Source: Bugula neritina (taxonomy: Eukaryota; Animalia; Bryozoa). Taken from it: a DNA stretch of 64,000 bases. Positions 46,667 through 64,000 of this stretch are shown here, piece by piece (position 1 is the first letter of the stretch; every line of letters starts with the position of its first letter). Location: positions 8,876,581-8,940,580 of the forward strand of contig OZ037767.1 in NCBI GenBank assembly GCA_964035545.1. The letters are read 5' to 3'. The translations under genes and the position numbers were made by a program. The notes under the pieces were generated by a model. The model saw nothing but the letters and a program-made list of their open reading frames with translations, searched no databases and was not told the DNA's origin.

Positions 46667-48467
46667 TATTATTTCAATGTCGCACTTCATTAGCACTGGG
46701 ATTGATCTACCAGCCAGTTTTATAAAGGTTTTCATTTCTACTATACAGCAACTGTTTTGCAACAACTTACTTAACAAAATGTTTAGGTGGCAGTACCATA
46801 ATGTAGATATTTTTTCTTTTGAATGTAATGTATAGAGTTTCAACTTTTACTTATAATAAACGCAACTTTAGACTTATTTTGCCTCAATTAATGCTATTAA
46901 AAGTGTAGTTTCTATTCCATAATATCTTAGTTGAAATCTGTCAGGTCAGGTGAACAGAATTTTTTTGCAAGATCATTTAATACAAATCGCATATAGCCTA
47001 ATATGCTTTCATTTTTTCTTGATAGCTCTTTCATTGTCGAAACCTATTCAATTAGTCTTCAATGCATAGTTTGAATGTTGCTTTATTGTAAAAAGTATTC
47101 AGAAAGTGTAAAAGGCTGCAATGTTGAAAAGTGGGTTGCATGTTAGTCACCACTAGGCATGTGATGTGATAATAAGTATTCTTGTGTCAACTACAAAACA
47201 AGTATAGGTATATATACATATTGCTATAATGATCACATGCCTCTGTTCTATTATGTATATATAACAAAAGAAGCAAACTTTCTGCATAATAGAATTCCTT
47301 TAAATGTATGCCACTATAATATTATACTAACAAAGGCTATATATGACCATATGCATAATATAGCTAAGCGTATACTACTAACTACATCAATAATTTTAGG
47401 TAGTACTATTGATTTCTTTCTACTACTCATCAACATGGCTGATAAAATGCAACTAGCTGAAGAAAAATCATATTGAAACCAAGGAATTCAAGTTATATTG
47501 AGACAAGCAAAATTTGGGATACCACGTTTCTCAGCAGATTTTAATATTTTTAAATGTAACCAATAGTTATAATTCAGTGTAGAGATAATAAATGGATGTT
47601 TGCAGATCTTTCATAGCAGCACTATAGACAAACACAATAAAAAAATCCTACCAGCACAAAACTGATTGATGTAGCCCTACTGTTGGTTTATAGAAATTAA
47701 AAGATCAAGTTGAATATAAGAAAATATTATCAGTTCACTTGTATCATGTACACTGATCAAGGGTATAATTAGATTAAAATTTAAATGTATTATTTTCATA
47801 TATGATATGTTGTTTTTGCAAAAAGCTTTTAGTAAAATGATGACTTTGTATATTATTGTAGTTTTTATTTATATGGTAGCCTATGGCACATCGTGTATTA
47901 CAACCCACTATATTTACGATACTATAAGATTCAGCATCAGTATAAGGTGCTTATTTTCCTTTAAATTAAAGCAACTCTATAAAAGTTCAGAATAGCAATC
48001 AACTTGTTGATCTTTAAGCATAAAGCTTTCACCCACATTTACTCACTTATAAGAATGATTCTGCTGACAAGTTGCTGCAAACCTAATTTGTATGAAAACA
48101 TTATCTATAGTTGCTTTAGAACGTCACGGGAGGGGGGGGGGGCTAAAACACGTTGAGTAGTACAATATACTACCAGTTCATTATAATTATTTTATAGAAA
48201 TGAAGCAAACTACATAGAACATTTGAGTGTTAAATCATTATAAAACTATCTAATAATTGATAAAACAATATAGGGTGTTTAACTTGCAGCCAAATAATTT
48301 TAAAAATTTCTTCAGAGCAACTAAACCCAACTAAACTTGCAATCAAATAATAGTGATATGTTGCTTGTGTCAATAGTGTGTAGTGAACAAAATGGTCTCC
48401 AGAAGTGTCGAGGAATAGAATGTAGCAAATCAAGCTGAGGAAAGACACTTTTTGTAATGAGAAACAT

Positions 48468-51400
48468 TTACGAAACCTTTGCCCAGGGCAAGTGAGGATG
48501 GTTCTCGACTTTTTCCCTAAAAAAATATCAAGCTAATAGTTAACAAACTTGCATGACATAGTAAAAAATTGTAGATATTTGAAGAATTTCACCTAATTCA
48601 CCAAGAGCTCATTTTTCTGACAATTTTCTTACTATGCAAGTTACACTCTCAGCAACAAATTATTAAGCTGGACTCAGTAGATGAAAATATTATGTTGAAA
48701 TTAAATCATTGTTCTGTAAAACTAACTGCTTGTTCCAGTGATCACTAGTATTTCTCAGAAAATAGAAAGAATGAACCAGCGAATCAGAGTAGACTGCTTA
48801 CTAACAGTTTCAGTGACACTAGTATAACATAGGTTTGGACCTCAGTATAACAACCAAATGAAATTTAGCTGCATGCTGAAAGGAAGAAACAATATTAACT
48901 GCATATTTATGACATATTTAGATTTCTAACTTTCAACCAACTTCATAATGACAATGTGACTGGTAAGTGCATAGAAAAAGTAGAAAAAAACTCACCCTCG
49001 GAAAAATGATGCAAATGTGAATAGCCTCTCTTCTCTGTTAATTGATTTAATCTCTTCCATTTCTGCATCACTCAGCTCAAAGTCAAACAACTAAACAAAA
49101 CACAAAATACTTGTCAACAACTGTATACACTCTCACTACAGCACAGCTAAATATTGAATTATTACTGCATTCTATGGTGAATATACATGCCATAGTCCTT
49201 TACTTCGTAAATGTTAGTAGAGACCAGTCTGTTTGTCTTCATAACATTTTTAGACTGCATGCACTGCCCAGTTCCAGTTATAGGTAAAAAATGTGCTACT
49301 TATAAAGTAATGTTTTTTGCACTTTCTGTATGTCTAACTTGTAGAATAAAATAAAATTTTATATTATCTATATTGTCAAACATAATCATGATACATAATC
49401 ATCCATAACTATAATAGCATAAGTCACAGAGTGGTAACTTGGTTCAAGGAGAGAGGGACTTCAGTTTTACACTACATATAGTACGGAGTATTGAAAACCC
49501 TCCCTTATAACGTATCACCTCACCTGAAGATTTGATATAATTCTATCTCTGTTTACACTCTTTGGGAGAACTATAATATTTCTCTGTATCAGATACTTCA
49601 TCAGAATCTGAGCTGGTGTTTTCTTTAACTTCTCAGCCAACTTCACAACTACTGGATCTTCAAGCAGCACATCACTAGTTTTAGAGCCTCTGCAACAAAG
49701 TATAGGAATTCAACTGTAAAATAAAGCTAGGGTCACCTGGAGTGAAAATTAGTGTGCAAAACCTTGTGCGAGAGTTACCTGTCAAATGCATAAATAGTTG
49801 CCAGTTAAAGCTAAACTCAAATGACCCAGTGTATTTGTCAATAACTTTACTATTCTTTTATAAATTATTCCGTTTTGAGATTTCACTAGTTATTCTCAAT
49901 TGAGAGGAAAAAATTGAAAAATTAGGCTCTTTAAGAAGCAATCAGCCAATTAGATCAATTTTGATTTCAGGAAATTCACAGAAAACAGCTTTTCGTTCAA
50001 TTGTGTCAATTGTTCCAAATTCGTCTGATGTGGCCCTAAGTTATCGAAAATGCTGGAGACTCAAAATACAGAGTTTTTAGAGATTTTCTAATTTTCAAGA
50101 AGTAATAATCACAATTTCTCCTGCTATTGGTGTAATGTTGATTAGCATGCTACTTTCACTACCACAACTAGCTTTACAGCTTACACACTCTTCAGGTACC
50201 CAGTGTTCACTATGAACAGTAGAATTCACTATGATACATGGCAGTAAGCCAAATAAGACAGATCTTTTTGTGAAAGTGTGTAAGTGTGTGTGAGAGAAAT
50301 AAAAAGAGATTCTTTACTCACACACATGTAGAATGGATAAGGTATTATTTGAATTACCTGATGGCAGCAGAACCTGGCGATCCTATTGGTCCGTATGCTG
50401 AAAGAGTCATTCCCTTTGACTGACAAAACTCTGCCAGTTCATGCTGAGGGAACCAGGCATGACACTCTACCTGTAAACCAACAACTCTATATTTTATGCT
50501 ACAGGATCAGTTATACAGGTTTCTCTTACCCTATTCAGTGTACTGACAGCAGTTGATTATGGTGACTGTATCAATTACCTGATTATTCGTAGGTTTGATC
50601 CTGGCAGCGTCCCAAACTCTCTTTACCTGCTCAATGTTGAAGTTTGATACGCCAAGAGCTTTCACTAAACCAGCATCTACTAACTTTTCCATCTCCTGAA
50701 CAAATAGCAGTTCCATATTAACACAGGCAGTGTTCATGAAAATATTTATACTATATTGTAATAAAAGATATATTACATTCATCACATTTAAAAAATAACG
50801 TGGGCTTGCTCTGTTATACAGTCACGGTCCAATATCCAACATAATACTTTTTTTCCAAAATGTGACTGCATATTGTCGAAACAAAATGGCATTGACACTC
50901 AATTTTTTGACGCAATGTCTAATGTTTCGTCAAAGTGTCCCCGAGCTTTATTCTCTGACTATATCAGGTTTACTGTTTCAATTAGAATTATAACCATCAA
51001 CACCATTTTGTCAACCTTTGTATTTGTTTGGTAGTTTGAAGAGTGGTTGTGATAAGAGAAGTAAGTAAGATTCAATCAACAACCTCCGCTAAGTCACTTA
51101 GGAGTAGTTTATTAAAGCCTTATCAGTCAACCATAGCTATATTATACTGTTTAAACAGTTTTAATATTTGAAACTGGTTTCCAAATTATGTCCCAGTCTT
51201 ATCAGTTATGATACTTTAGTTTTTCTCAACCGATTTAAGCAGCTAGAGTAATGAGGGCTCAAGTAGATAACATTATATCAACTGCACTGCATTTGTTTTA
51301 AAACAGAGCGTTTACAAAACTTTCAAATGATTAGCTGAAACATGCAAACCTGGTCACTGCCTATTAAGTCATCACAAAAGAAAAATTTCCAAGAGTGACT

Positions 51401-53245
51401 TTTTACTTAATGCAAGGCAATTCGACCAAATTGAATTTTTGTTTGAAAATTGTGGAGTATAAATGCACCTTAATACAATTTTGTTAAATAGTATTTAGAC
51501 ATAGTGTTCCCTGCAATGACTGAGTGATAGATAATATTCATATACTTACCTTGTACGTATCTAGGTAGTCAACATCTGAGAGCATTGGTTCACCCTTTTC
51601 ACTGAAAGGGAGAAATGCAGGGGGCGTGTCATCCAATTTACTATCCTACAGAAATATTTGAAAGATACCAATTCTTTCTCAATTTACATTCCAAAAACAA
51701 AAGTGTTGTTATTGCAGCTGAATAAGGAATATGTTGCCATTGATAGGATTACGTCGCCGATAGAAATACATTTCAATATCATTCCATTTACTTGAAATAA
51801 ATTCAACAGATTTTCAGTGATGACAGAAAACCCGGCTGGGTTTTCATAATGTATGTACTTCAGTCACATATAACTTGATTGATTATGCTTCTAGTGGAAC
51901 TGACAGTCAAATGCATAACTAAATTATATAACGGACATGACTGTGACTCAAACACATACTTTTATTATTTTAAAAATTTCTCCAATATTTAACTACTGTA
52001 ATAATAACTTCATGATGCATAAGCATGCAATGTTGAAGAGTAAATAAAGCTGATTAACTCACTTCAAAGGCAATAGGAAAATGTATGAGAAGTAGATCAA
52101 TATAACTCGTCTTCAGCAACTTCAGTGAAAGTTCAGTTTGTTGTCTCACCCTGTGAGGTAGAGCAGCTGCACCTGTAATCTGGTTGCACATTTAATAAAA
52201 TTAGTTTTAACAAATGACTATTCAAAATGTAGCTTCTTGCACATTCATTTGACAATTATTAAAATCATTTACTGTTACGACAATCTTGATCTCAGCTTTT
52301 GTTTGCAGAATAGTCAATAACTGAATATTTTCTAGAATTTAACTTACTCATTATAGTTTAATGTTGAACTTTGTTTTGATTGTACAACTAATGAAACTAA
52401 CATAACTTTAGTCCCTACACATCAAAAACAACAAATTTATTTACAATTCAATACCTTTGTTGTAATAAATAATTCTTCTCTGGTAACTTTGCCTGCTTTG
52501 ATCATCTCTTCCAAGGCTTCACCTATTTCTCCCTCATTGAAATAGCCTCTGGCCGTATCAATGTGTTTGTAACCAGCCTCAATGGCTATTTTTACAGCTT
52601 CTTTAACTTCTCCAGATTTTGACTGAATAAAAAAAATCTTAATTTATTTTCAGTCTTTTAAAACATTCCTTCTGTTTTATTCCTTCACATAACCCACTTT
52701 AATACCCATTGGTCAAGATTGGAAGTTTTGTTCGTGAGTAATACCTTCTCATTCTGTCTTCAACTGGTATATTAAGTAAGCAGACTTTTGAATTTAGTTG
52801 AAACACTAAAACATTGTTAGCTACTAACTTTAATTCGTTGACAAAATGAAAGCCAAAAAAACTGGATCCTCTAAATATAAGTATAATTATGAATCACAAC
52901 AAAAATGCACTAATTATGCAATAACAATAATATACTTATTTGTTTAAATCTCATAGTTATCATTGATTATTATTAATAAACATATTTATAATAACCATAA
53001 TATTAATCATATTGATATTCTGTAAGTGTATTCATAATGATAATCCTAATGATTGTCATAATCATTATGATTATAATATTTATAATATTAATAATAAAAC
53101 GAATATCAATACTAATAGGTACAGCTTATTTTCTATTTTAAATCTATTTCATTTATATAACAGTAATTACCTGCCAAGTTCCTAAGCCGACAATAGGCAT
53201 AGGCTTGCCTGAAAGCATTGGCAAAGTTGTTTTTCCAGCAGACAT
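48468..53245 (-). CDS. Aldo-keto reductase (AKR1-like), 9 exons, ~331 aa, intact
   Basis: Exons: 53245-53171, 52622-52455, 52179-52063, 51645-51550, 50695-50579, 50470-50358, 49689-49524, 49090-48996, 48516-48468. Motifs [30 protein letters not shown] (catalytic D-Y-K-H), LGVSNF, NQVECH, LPKSV. Confidence 0.95.
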
Positions 53246-53339
53246 TGTGATAGGCAGTAACTGTAAAATCCGAATGGTCGGTCTGATTAGAATTCAGTTC
53301 AGCGTGGTTTGTTTAACCTTTAACCTTCGAAGTCACTTA

Positions 53340-53530
53340 GACCTTTAGTTTAGATTGGCGAGAAATGATATAAATCACGCCCACTTAACGTTTCTGCGCC
53401 AATCAAGTACTATTTCTACCCTCTACTCTCTACTACAAACAGCGCCGTGCATGTTCTTATCCCTGGTAAAACCCGGCCACGCATTTCACAGATAAACCGC
53501 TTGTTGGACAAGCACCTTTGATTGGCTGAC
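53340..53530. promoter_or_regulatory. Candidate promoter upstream of AKR, possibly bidirectional
   Basis: Locally CpG-richer; three CCAAT boxes (ATTGG 53354, CCAAT 53399, ATTGG 53521) and a CACGCCC GC-box-like motif at ~53376. Confidence 0.5.
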
Positions 53531-56500
53531 TTTTACTTTGTATTTGGCCTTTTGGTTGCAAATGTAAGCATGTAACTATGTATCTATTATTTTATTTTTG
53601 CAGTAACAAACCAAAGGATTAGCTCAATTTTGAATATACAACTGGTCAAGTCTCCTAGTTTTAGTATAAAAAAGTTTGAAAGCCACTTAATTCTCCAAAA
53701 ATTGATTGTTGGTTGAATCCTACTTGTGATTGCTAATCACAACATCTGCTTTAAAAACAGGCTAATCTATTTGCATGGTCAACCAAAATCATTCTTAGAG
53801 TTTAATAAATGGCTTATAAGCAAAGCGATTGGTATAACTGAAAAATCGATAATAATATGCTGCATTTATATTATAATACATGTGTGTTGGTATGTGTTTA
53901 GGTGTATGAATGTATATGTGTGTCTGTGTGTTTGTGTGCATGTGTGTGAACTTAAAATAGATTTTCAAAAACAACGTTTAAATTGTTCTATGAAGCAAGA
54001 GTTGAGACCATATGTTGGAGTTGTCTTTTCAATTAGTTTAGTGGCTGGTATATAGAACGCCTATGCAGTGTATTAGCCTGTCCTTATCAGCTAAGCATGT
54101 TTTATTATGAAAAGTGAGATTTGCCCCTGCATGGGAGTTGTGTTTTCTACCTGCCATTGTAGTTAGCAACTAGCTTGTATAATATTATAAGGTGTCCATT
54201 TAATGTATAGCCTGTTCTCACACTAGCTGAAATATCTACTAAGGAGAAATTGTTCAAGTAAATCAACAAGAGTCGTCTTCCCATTTTTTGTTTCCTTTTC
54301 ACAAGGGCAGCAACTATCTCTAATGATTGTAACCTATTCTGTGTGCAGTTGCCTATAATTAAAAATATTTTATTAACGAAATATTACTGACTTACATAAT
54401 AATGTAATTGAAAGTATGAAAACCCGTAAACAGTAAATAATTATATTTTGTTGATTAATTATTAAAGTAGCAGAGCATCTTATTTTCTAAACAAATTATT
54501 AAATTTTATTAAGCAAATCACTTATTATAAAACTACATAAGTAGCATGATCTTACTAGGCATGACTAATACACCTAAGGCTGAAATTCTGACTTTTAAGA
54601 AGCAAATTTGAACTACAGAAATAAGTTAAAACATCAATTTAAGAAGAATGGCTGTGCTAAGGTGTGAGTCACTTTCAGTTGCACACATCAGAATACTACG
54701 GGACCGGGGATCATCAGCTGAGCCCAATCAAGTGCTGTAAGCTACAAGTAATTCATCAGATATAACCCAAGATCCAATAGGAAGCTACCACTACTCTGTC
54801 AACAAGGAACTGATGTAGAGGTGAATGAAACTTTGCAACTCAAAAAAGTAGCCAGGCAAGGTAATAAAGATACCAGCACAACATATACAGTTGACACACA
54901 TATTATATATACAGATAACATATATCTAGGCCTATAGGATGTTTTTGCTTTTAATATAACGTAAAACTATGTTGGTAGCACTGGCACTAGTACTTGGTAC
55001 TAGCAGCTGTTGTTTGTTGATTCAAGACTTTCCTGATTAGGCTGATAAATATTTAATTCAGATAACAAGTGGTACTGCGCTATATTATACTAATACTATG
55101 GTATATTGAGACCATTAGCCTGGTGTGAATACAACTAGATGTATGGTCGTTTGAAGCTAGTTCTTGAGTAACAATGAAGCAATAGAAGAAAAGACGCTAT
55201 ACTGCAGTGCCACCAGTAATGTTACTACAGGAATGATACTAGCTGACAAACGCTTCAGTAAGACATCCTGAAGAGATTCCGTCTTATATCAATATTACCA
55301 GGTGGGTGCTTTTCTTACCTTATATACCTTCTTGACACTAATGGCTCACCTGTCTATACCTGCAGTGTTGAAGTTTGTAGGGGCTTGGAACTTTCTCCAA
55401 TTGAAACTCTTTCAAAAATATTTGTCACTATAACATAAATAAGTTTGTTTTTAATTCTGCTACGAAATCATAAATGCATAAATTATAAATGCAACTGACA
55501 AGGAAGTTTATGTATTTTCATGTAAAATAAATTTGTTTTGACCTCTGACAACATACTTGTGAAAGTATGATGTATCAAAATATGACAGTATCAATTAGTT
55601 GAAAAATAATATACATTTCCATATGTGGTGATGGGTTATCAATTTAATATATGCATACCCTTGCACATTCACTCAGAAGAGACTCCAGTAAAAATCGTTT
55701 TAACAAAACATTGGTAGCGATTTTAACAGGAAATTTATTCGGGGAGGGGGGAATTCTTATTTTTAGATAACAGATGCTGGAACAGAATTGTTATAGCTGC
55801 AAGATAGTCACACAATAGTAAGAGAATGGGTAGATGAGTGTGTAAGCTGCTCTAGTGAGCTGATCAAATGATGTCATGAGATACCCATATGACACTTACT
55901 GGCAAGGCATCAACTATAGCAACCTTTAGCATGCTTGAATTTGCTAATATTCTAAAAATTGCCTGTAGCTCAAACTAAAAGACATATAAATTGATGCATA
56001 AGATAAAATCAAACTAAAACATTATGTGATATAATTTTGCACTGAAAATCTCACCTATGTCCTATTCTAGTATAGCATTATAGTATTTATATATATCATG
56101 TTATAATGTCATATTAAAATATTACAAAAATATAATAGTATATTATAGAAAAGATATTTCTGTAGGAATCACCATGTGCGAGTCTCATAAGCTTTAAATT
56201 AGCTTATAATATAAAGAAAAAGGCATTGAAACCATCTTATTACGTAACCGAGATTCAATAGAGCTGCTGGTGGAAACGATTCATTCATTCAAAGTGTTGA
56301 GATATATTACAATTTGAAAAGACTGTGTAGTTGATATATTCAGTTGAGTTAGAATATTCAGCAAAAGCACTGCTGTTTAACATTAGAAAAACTCAAATAC
56401 CTCAAATCTTTTGTTAAAACTTATTTGCCAAGAAGGTCTTTTTTCTGCTAAAATTACAACCTCATGTGAACTGAAAAAAACTGATCAGCTCAATTTCACT

Positions 56501-57115
56501 AATAGATAAACATATGCAGTACTTGTGCTATTTAAACTTCTCCAAAACTGTCAAATGTTGACTGCATTGGCTACTTAATTCATCTACTGCCTGTTTTATG
56601 AGCAGAGCAGTGCTTTATTTTGTCATCGTTTGAACTGGCCAATGGTACTAGGTCTATCATAAGTTTGTTTTTTTAGTTTACTACTCTATAAAAGCGCAGT
56701 TGTTGCCTTTGCATAAATACTGGCACCATCACTAAATTATACTGAAAAGGCTAGCTAAAAAAAAATCTTTTCAAAGATTGGTAATAACTCTGCCTCTTAA
56801 TTGTTTGAGTCAAGTTTGGTATATCTCAAATAATGTGGTTTTTGCCGAATTTACTATCAGACAATCAAAGCTCATCAATACTCATATATTTTAAGTTGTT
56901 TGTGGCAGCTATATTACACTGTAAGCCATAAGGTAGAGAGTGTTAAACCATACAACACATGTTTAAAATTTTACTTTAGTTATAAATTTGTTTCTTTATT
57001 TTCTATAAACATAAACAACTATTAATAGATATTTAGAAAAAACTCACTTGCACAACTGCATGTAGATAGCAAAAACACGAGAACTTTTGATATATTTTAG
57101 AAAAAAAAACACTAA

Positions 57116-61548
<4,433 letters not shown>

Positions 61549-61804
61549 TGTTCTTTTTTATTTTTTTAAATTGGCTTTTTCCTTTTCTTGCTATAAAATA
61601 TATTAATTAGCTGTCAGTAGAATATAAAGAGGTAGAGTTATGAGTGATTTTGGATCAAATTTATAATATATATTCTAAAACTTTGGTCTAAAAATGTAAA
61701 TTAACAGATTTACTATAAGAAGCATTTTATGATTTTAAAATGAGGCTTATACATATATATTGCAAATATATGTCTACTTTCAAGTCTGTACTATATATCA
61801 ATGC

Positions 61805-61900
61805 ATGTATATAATATATATGTGCACACTTAAATAATATATATGTGCACACGTATATAATATATATGTGCACACGTATATAATATATATGTGCATACGT
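61805..61900. repeat. 23-bp tandem repeat x ~4
   Basis: TATAATATATATGTGCACACGTA units. Confidence 0.85.
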
Positions 61901-64000
61901 GTATGATTTTTACATTTAGCAAGTTTCATTTCATTACAACAAAAGTAATGTAAACAAACTTATGCAACGAATTTTAACTTTTCACAACCGTATAATATTA
62001 TACCACAACTAAATAATGTAAAATATATTTCTTAAATTTTCCTTATATGCTATATGCTTTCCACAGTTATAAATTGTAATATCTACATAGTAACTGTAAG
62101 TGTCAGTAATGAACAAAATACACTCATTTGTACAAAATTATTTTATATTCAACAAGTTGAAACACTGTATAGTGTATTATACTGGTTGACTACTCGACAG
62201 ATTATACATGTATGTGTATTCATACCAATATATAATGTAAATTAGGCATGCAATGATATATACCTTATATATAGCTTGTACTTCTGCAACTAGTGTTTTG
62301 ATTGAATATCATGTGGTTGCCTTCATTGATTTTCAGCCATTTGTGCAATAAAATTATTTAACTTTTATCATTGACTCTCCTGTATCTTCTAAAGGTGTGT
62401 GCTCATTCATAACATAGTCATCTTTGGTGGTAACAAGTGTTGAAATTGTTCTATATGATATCACTGCAACCATGTGTTACTTAATAAGATAAAAAGTTCC
62501 AAAAATCATTTAAACCATTTTTATATGTATTTTCACAAAACCAGTGCCATTTTAGCTGACATGTAGTACATGACACATTTTATCAAGTTCTCTCATAAAG
62601 CTAGGCTAATTTATGAGCATGACCACCCAAGTAGAAAGGTTGGAACTCCAAGCTTTATTATGAAATATGTAATGACTATCAATTCATCAAAACCAACCAT
62701 ACTGAATTAAAACAAATATTATGCAGTATCAATAGCAACTTCTTATCCAGTGGAATAATATAATAGCATAAGCAATTTATATATGTATGCATATAGAAAT
62801 CAATTTCTTTAAAACAACAGGTCATTTGCCTGATTGCAGTCACTGACAGCTCTAAATGCTATAATAATCCACTTACAGTCTGCTGCATAAACTACCTCAT
62901 ATATCCTCAGCAATTAAAAGGAGCATTGAAAGTGTTATTTACTTTTCTATTCTCCTGAAGCTACTCATTAAAGAAAATGTATGCATAGTGTCAGAGCACT
63001 GGAATATCTTAACATGACCAGCTCTCCTGGCTAGATTAGGTTGCAGTAGGTGAACTGCTGCTATAAACGCTGTCAACTTTAAACATTCATGGTTATAGAT
63101 AAGGCCCAATAATAGCAGGTTGAAAGTTAGTTACCTATGCAAAATTATTTTTAGCTATTATTATGTACATCAATTACTGATCTAGTATAGTAGCCATATC
63201 AGTGGTAGTTGCATAGTAGTCATTTAATTCAACCCAATGGAATAACTGCAAAATTATATATTCGGGATATGATTCAATTCTTTGTTATTTTAGAAATAAA
63301 AATGATTAGCCTTTGTTTTAATAATACATGCAGTCGGTTTTTATCAAGTAGTTATTGGCATTTTCAAAAGTTTCATTATAATTAAAAATTAAAATATTTA
63401 CAAAATTACTTTTATTAACTTTAGATCTCTGAGTAAGATTTTGGTAATTACTGCTTTGACTTGTACTGGCTTTTGTAAAATATTATTACATCAAGCACAC
63501 CACATGAACGACATGCCGCGATTCTTATTTTAGAGTGCAGTTTGGCACCTAGCATTATACTATGTATATATATTGTGTATATTGTGTGTATACTGTATAT
63601 ACTATGTGTATACTGTTTATACTGCGCATCATGTGTGTATGATGTGTATAGTATCTTTAGGCTATGCGTGCTCACCTATAAACTCCTAGTTGTGTCTATG
63701 GCTACCAATAGCAGCTACTGTAAATATTACTTTTAGTAAAGTCGCTGTCACAAGAAATGCTTTTACAACATGAAGTTTCAATATGGAACCAGCTATTTAT
63801 CTTTGCCATCTTTAAGCTCTCTCCTATGTTTTCGTTTATTGTATTAGGCTGTTGTGTATAAACAGCTAAGTAGCCATTGCAATATTCATCTACATGTTGA
63901 CCAACTTACATCTTTGCAGTCAGTGCGGCCTTATTTGCTGATCACTTTATAGAATATAGTATTGATGCTTGGATTATCACATATTATTTATATATTTAAA

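Overview
Eukaryotic, AT-rich, intron-rich invertebrate (metazoan) genomic DNA. From 5' to 3': relics of a cytochrome P450 paralog with SINE and minisatellite debris; a very young full-length Ty3/Gypsy LTR retrotransposon (4608-12093; 306-bp LTRs differing at one base, GTAT target-site duplication, tRNA-Leu primer site) nested in a ~780-bp MITE; a 10-exon clan-2-like CYP gene with one in-frame stop; a LINE fragment; an intact 20-exon ATP-dependent 6-phosphofructokinase gene; a hierarchical satellite; an orphan two-exon phospholipase B-like (PLBD2) fragment; a decayed Academ-like DNA transposon containing an RTE fragment; a 9-exon aldo-keto reductase (minus strand); and a galactose-3-O-sulfotransferase-like gene. 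The most interesting signal is in the retrotransposon. In the position where env would sit it carries an intact third ORF encoding two zinc fingers, a basic Ser/Arg/Pro tract and a coiled coil. This ORF has no ATG of its own, but a phase-matched splice donor in gag and a branch point plus acceptor in front of it predict a spliced subgenomic mRNA for a 276-aa accessory protein. All gene models and translations were done by hand; no database searches were run.
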